Part shown: positions 17,917 to 19,103 of the stretch, one piece after another | Layout: each line of letters begins with the position of its first letter | Position numbering within the stretch: the first letter of the stretch is position 1 | From: Candidatus Hermodarchaeota archaeon | Lineage (GTDB): Archaea > Asgardarchaeota > Hermodarchaeia > Hermodarchaeales > Hermodarchaeaceae | Reading direction: 5' to 3' | Length of the DNA: 19,103 bases | Assembly: GCA_016839365.1 (NCBI GenBank) | Contig: JAEOUH010000002.1 | Coordinates: forward strand, 1 to 19,103 | Notes under the pieces: model-generated | Databases searched by the model: none | Told to the model about the DNA's origin: nothing | Seen by the model: only the letters and a program-made list of their open reading frames with translations | Program-made: the position numbers and the translations under genes

Positions 17917-17960
17917 TTTTATAACATCAATGAATTCAAACCCAATCGAGGTAAATTCCA

Positions 17961-18851
17961 TTGAAAATTAGAGCTGTTAAAGTCATCAGTTTTTCTCCAA
18001 CCGGGGGCTCAAGGAAGGTAGCCGAAGCTATCGCCCAAGGCATCCAAGCCCCCATAGAACACATCGACCTGACTCCACCCAGTGCACGCACCCAGCAATT
18101 TAAGGAATTCACCGATGAGCTCGCCATCATCTCCGTGCCCGTCTACGCCGGACGGGTCCCCACCGAAGCCGCCTACCGGATACGAAGACTCACAGGTAAC
18201 AGGGAACCCTATGGCGCTAAACGGGCACAAAAAATCCCAGCCGTCATTGTCGTCACCTACGGCAACCGCGCCTACGAGGACGCCCTCTATGAACTAGGTG
18301 ACATTGTCTCCGAGGTGGGATTCCAACCCATCGCTGCAGGGGTTTTCCTATGCGAACACTCCTTTAGCGTCCCCGAAGTACCTACAGCCCATGGACGACC
18401 CGACACCAAAGATCTCGCCAAAGCTAAAGCGTTTGGCCAACAGATCCGGGACAAGTATGCACAGGTCGATACCATCGAGGCCCTCTCCCCCGTCACTCCT
18501 CCTGGTACATCGCCATACTCGTTATCCATGCGTGCCAATCTCACCTGGTACGACTACAGCGCATTAGCCACCCCCTCCACCAACGAAGACCAATGCACCA
18601 AATGCGGCACGTGCGTGGACGTCTGCCCCACTGCTGCAATTCGAATCCAACATGTGTCATCCAATCCCTCCCCCATGATCGGATACAACCTGCGGTTGAT
18701 TACCACCGACCATAATGCGTGCATCTGGTGCTGTGCCTGCGTTAAAAACTGTCCCACCGGCGCACGGGTCATGAGCAAACGCGTGCTCAAATCACAAAGC
18801 GACCTACACAAAGGCTACCCCGACCGAAAAGAACCCGAAACCTACCTCTAA
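17961..18851 (+). CDS. EFR1-family ferredoxin (flavodoxin-like N-domain plus two 4Fe-4S clusters)
   Basis: 'FSPTGGS', 'PVYAGRVP', 'TYGNRAYEDAL', 'GRPD', CTKCGTCVDVCP and CIWCCACVKNCP. Confidence 0.93.
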   Translation: MKIRAVKVISFSPTGGSRKVAEAIAQGIQAPIEHIDLTPPSARTQQFKEFTDELAIISVPVYAGRVPTEAAYRIRRLTGNREPYGAKRAQKIPAVIVVTYGNRAYEDALYELGDIVSEVGFQPIAAGVFLCEHSFSVPEVPTAHGRPDTKDLAKAKAFGQQIRDKYAQVDTIEALSPVTPPGTSPYSLSMRANLTWYDYSALATPSTNEDQCTKCGTCVDVCPTAAIRIQHVSSNPSPMIGYNLRLITTDHNACIWCCACVKNCPTGARVMSKRVLKSQSDLHKGYPDRKEPETYL

Positions 18852-18881
18852 CATCCCGCATCCACAAATACCACGAAACAG

Positions 18882-18995
18882 AAAGTGGGCATCCACCTCA
18901 GCCTAGGCCAACACCCGTGTTTCCAGCATCATACACCCGCTCCCATTGCCCACTCCACTCCGAAGTGCCCAAGAAGGACACCTCAAAGGAAATGA
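18882..18995 (+). repeat. Intergenic repeat copy R13 (long form)
   Basis: AAAGTGGGCATCCAC...CAACACCCGTGTTTCCAGCATCATACACCCGCTC...AGGACACCTCAAAGGAAATGA. Confidence 0.9.
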
Positions 18996-19053
18996 TTTCT
19001 TAGGAGGACCGATTCCACAGAAAAAATATACACCTACATTCCAATCACATCTT

Positions 19054-19103
19054 ATGGAATTGCTTGAAGAGCTTAACCAAATCCACACCGAGATTCAATC
19101 AAA
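19054..19103 (+). CDS. Possible start of the next gene (runs off the window)
   Basis: ATG 19054 opens MELLEELNQIHTEIQS, downstream of R13 as for the other units. Too short to verify. Confidence 0.35.
   Translation, partial: MELLEELNQIHTEIQS

Noticed and set aside
309-18811. Numerous antisense or alternative-frame ORFs of 60-125 aa in the track
   Set aside because: They overlap well-supported genes and show no recognisable motifs.
7787-18995. CRISPR interpretation of the repeat
   Set aside because: The intervals are 0.6-1.5 kb and contain genes, the copies are highly degenerate, and there are no cas genes.
13461-19088. Short ORFs over the repeats (13461..13661, 15794..16027, 15866..16201, 17065..17325, 18903..19088) with similar peptides
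   Set aside because: Copies differ by frame-breaking indels and non-synonymous changes. The peptide similarity is a by-product of a non-coding repeat.

Overview
This is probably an archaeal window, possibly Asgard-like. That is an inference from TATA/BRE-type promoters, GGAGG/AGGTG ribosome-binding sites, a sequon-rich membrane-anchored binding protein and the gene families present. The left part (1-7759) is ordinary. It holds a truncated ArsB/NhaD/SLC13-like transporter start, a membrane protein plus winged-helix regulator pair with a triple palindromic operator, and a complete five-gene dpp/opp-type peptide ABC transporter operon. The right part (7787-19103) is the notable one. It carries 13 unrelated intact single genes in mixed orientation: two SAM methyltransferases, DUF4760-like, two HXXEE paralogs, ATC-hydrolase family, DUF4256, HEAT-repeat, nitroreductase, EFR1-type ferredoxin, two 7-TM-like proteins and one hypothetical. 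There is also a methyltransferase pseudogene fragment. Nearly every gene is separated from the next by a degenerate non-coding repeat that always lies in the same orientation (manual consensus AAAGTGGTCGTCCACCCCAACGGATCGTCTACAACACCCGTGTTTCCAGCATCATACACCCAGCTC, 14 candidate copies of varying quality). This one-gene-per-repeat layout looks like a gene-cassette array with a non-canonical recombination site. No integrase or recombinase is in the window, so the mechanism is a hypothesis.
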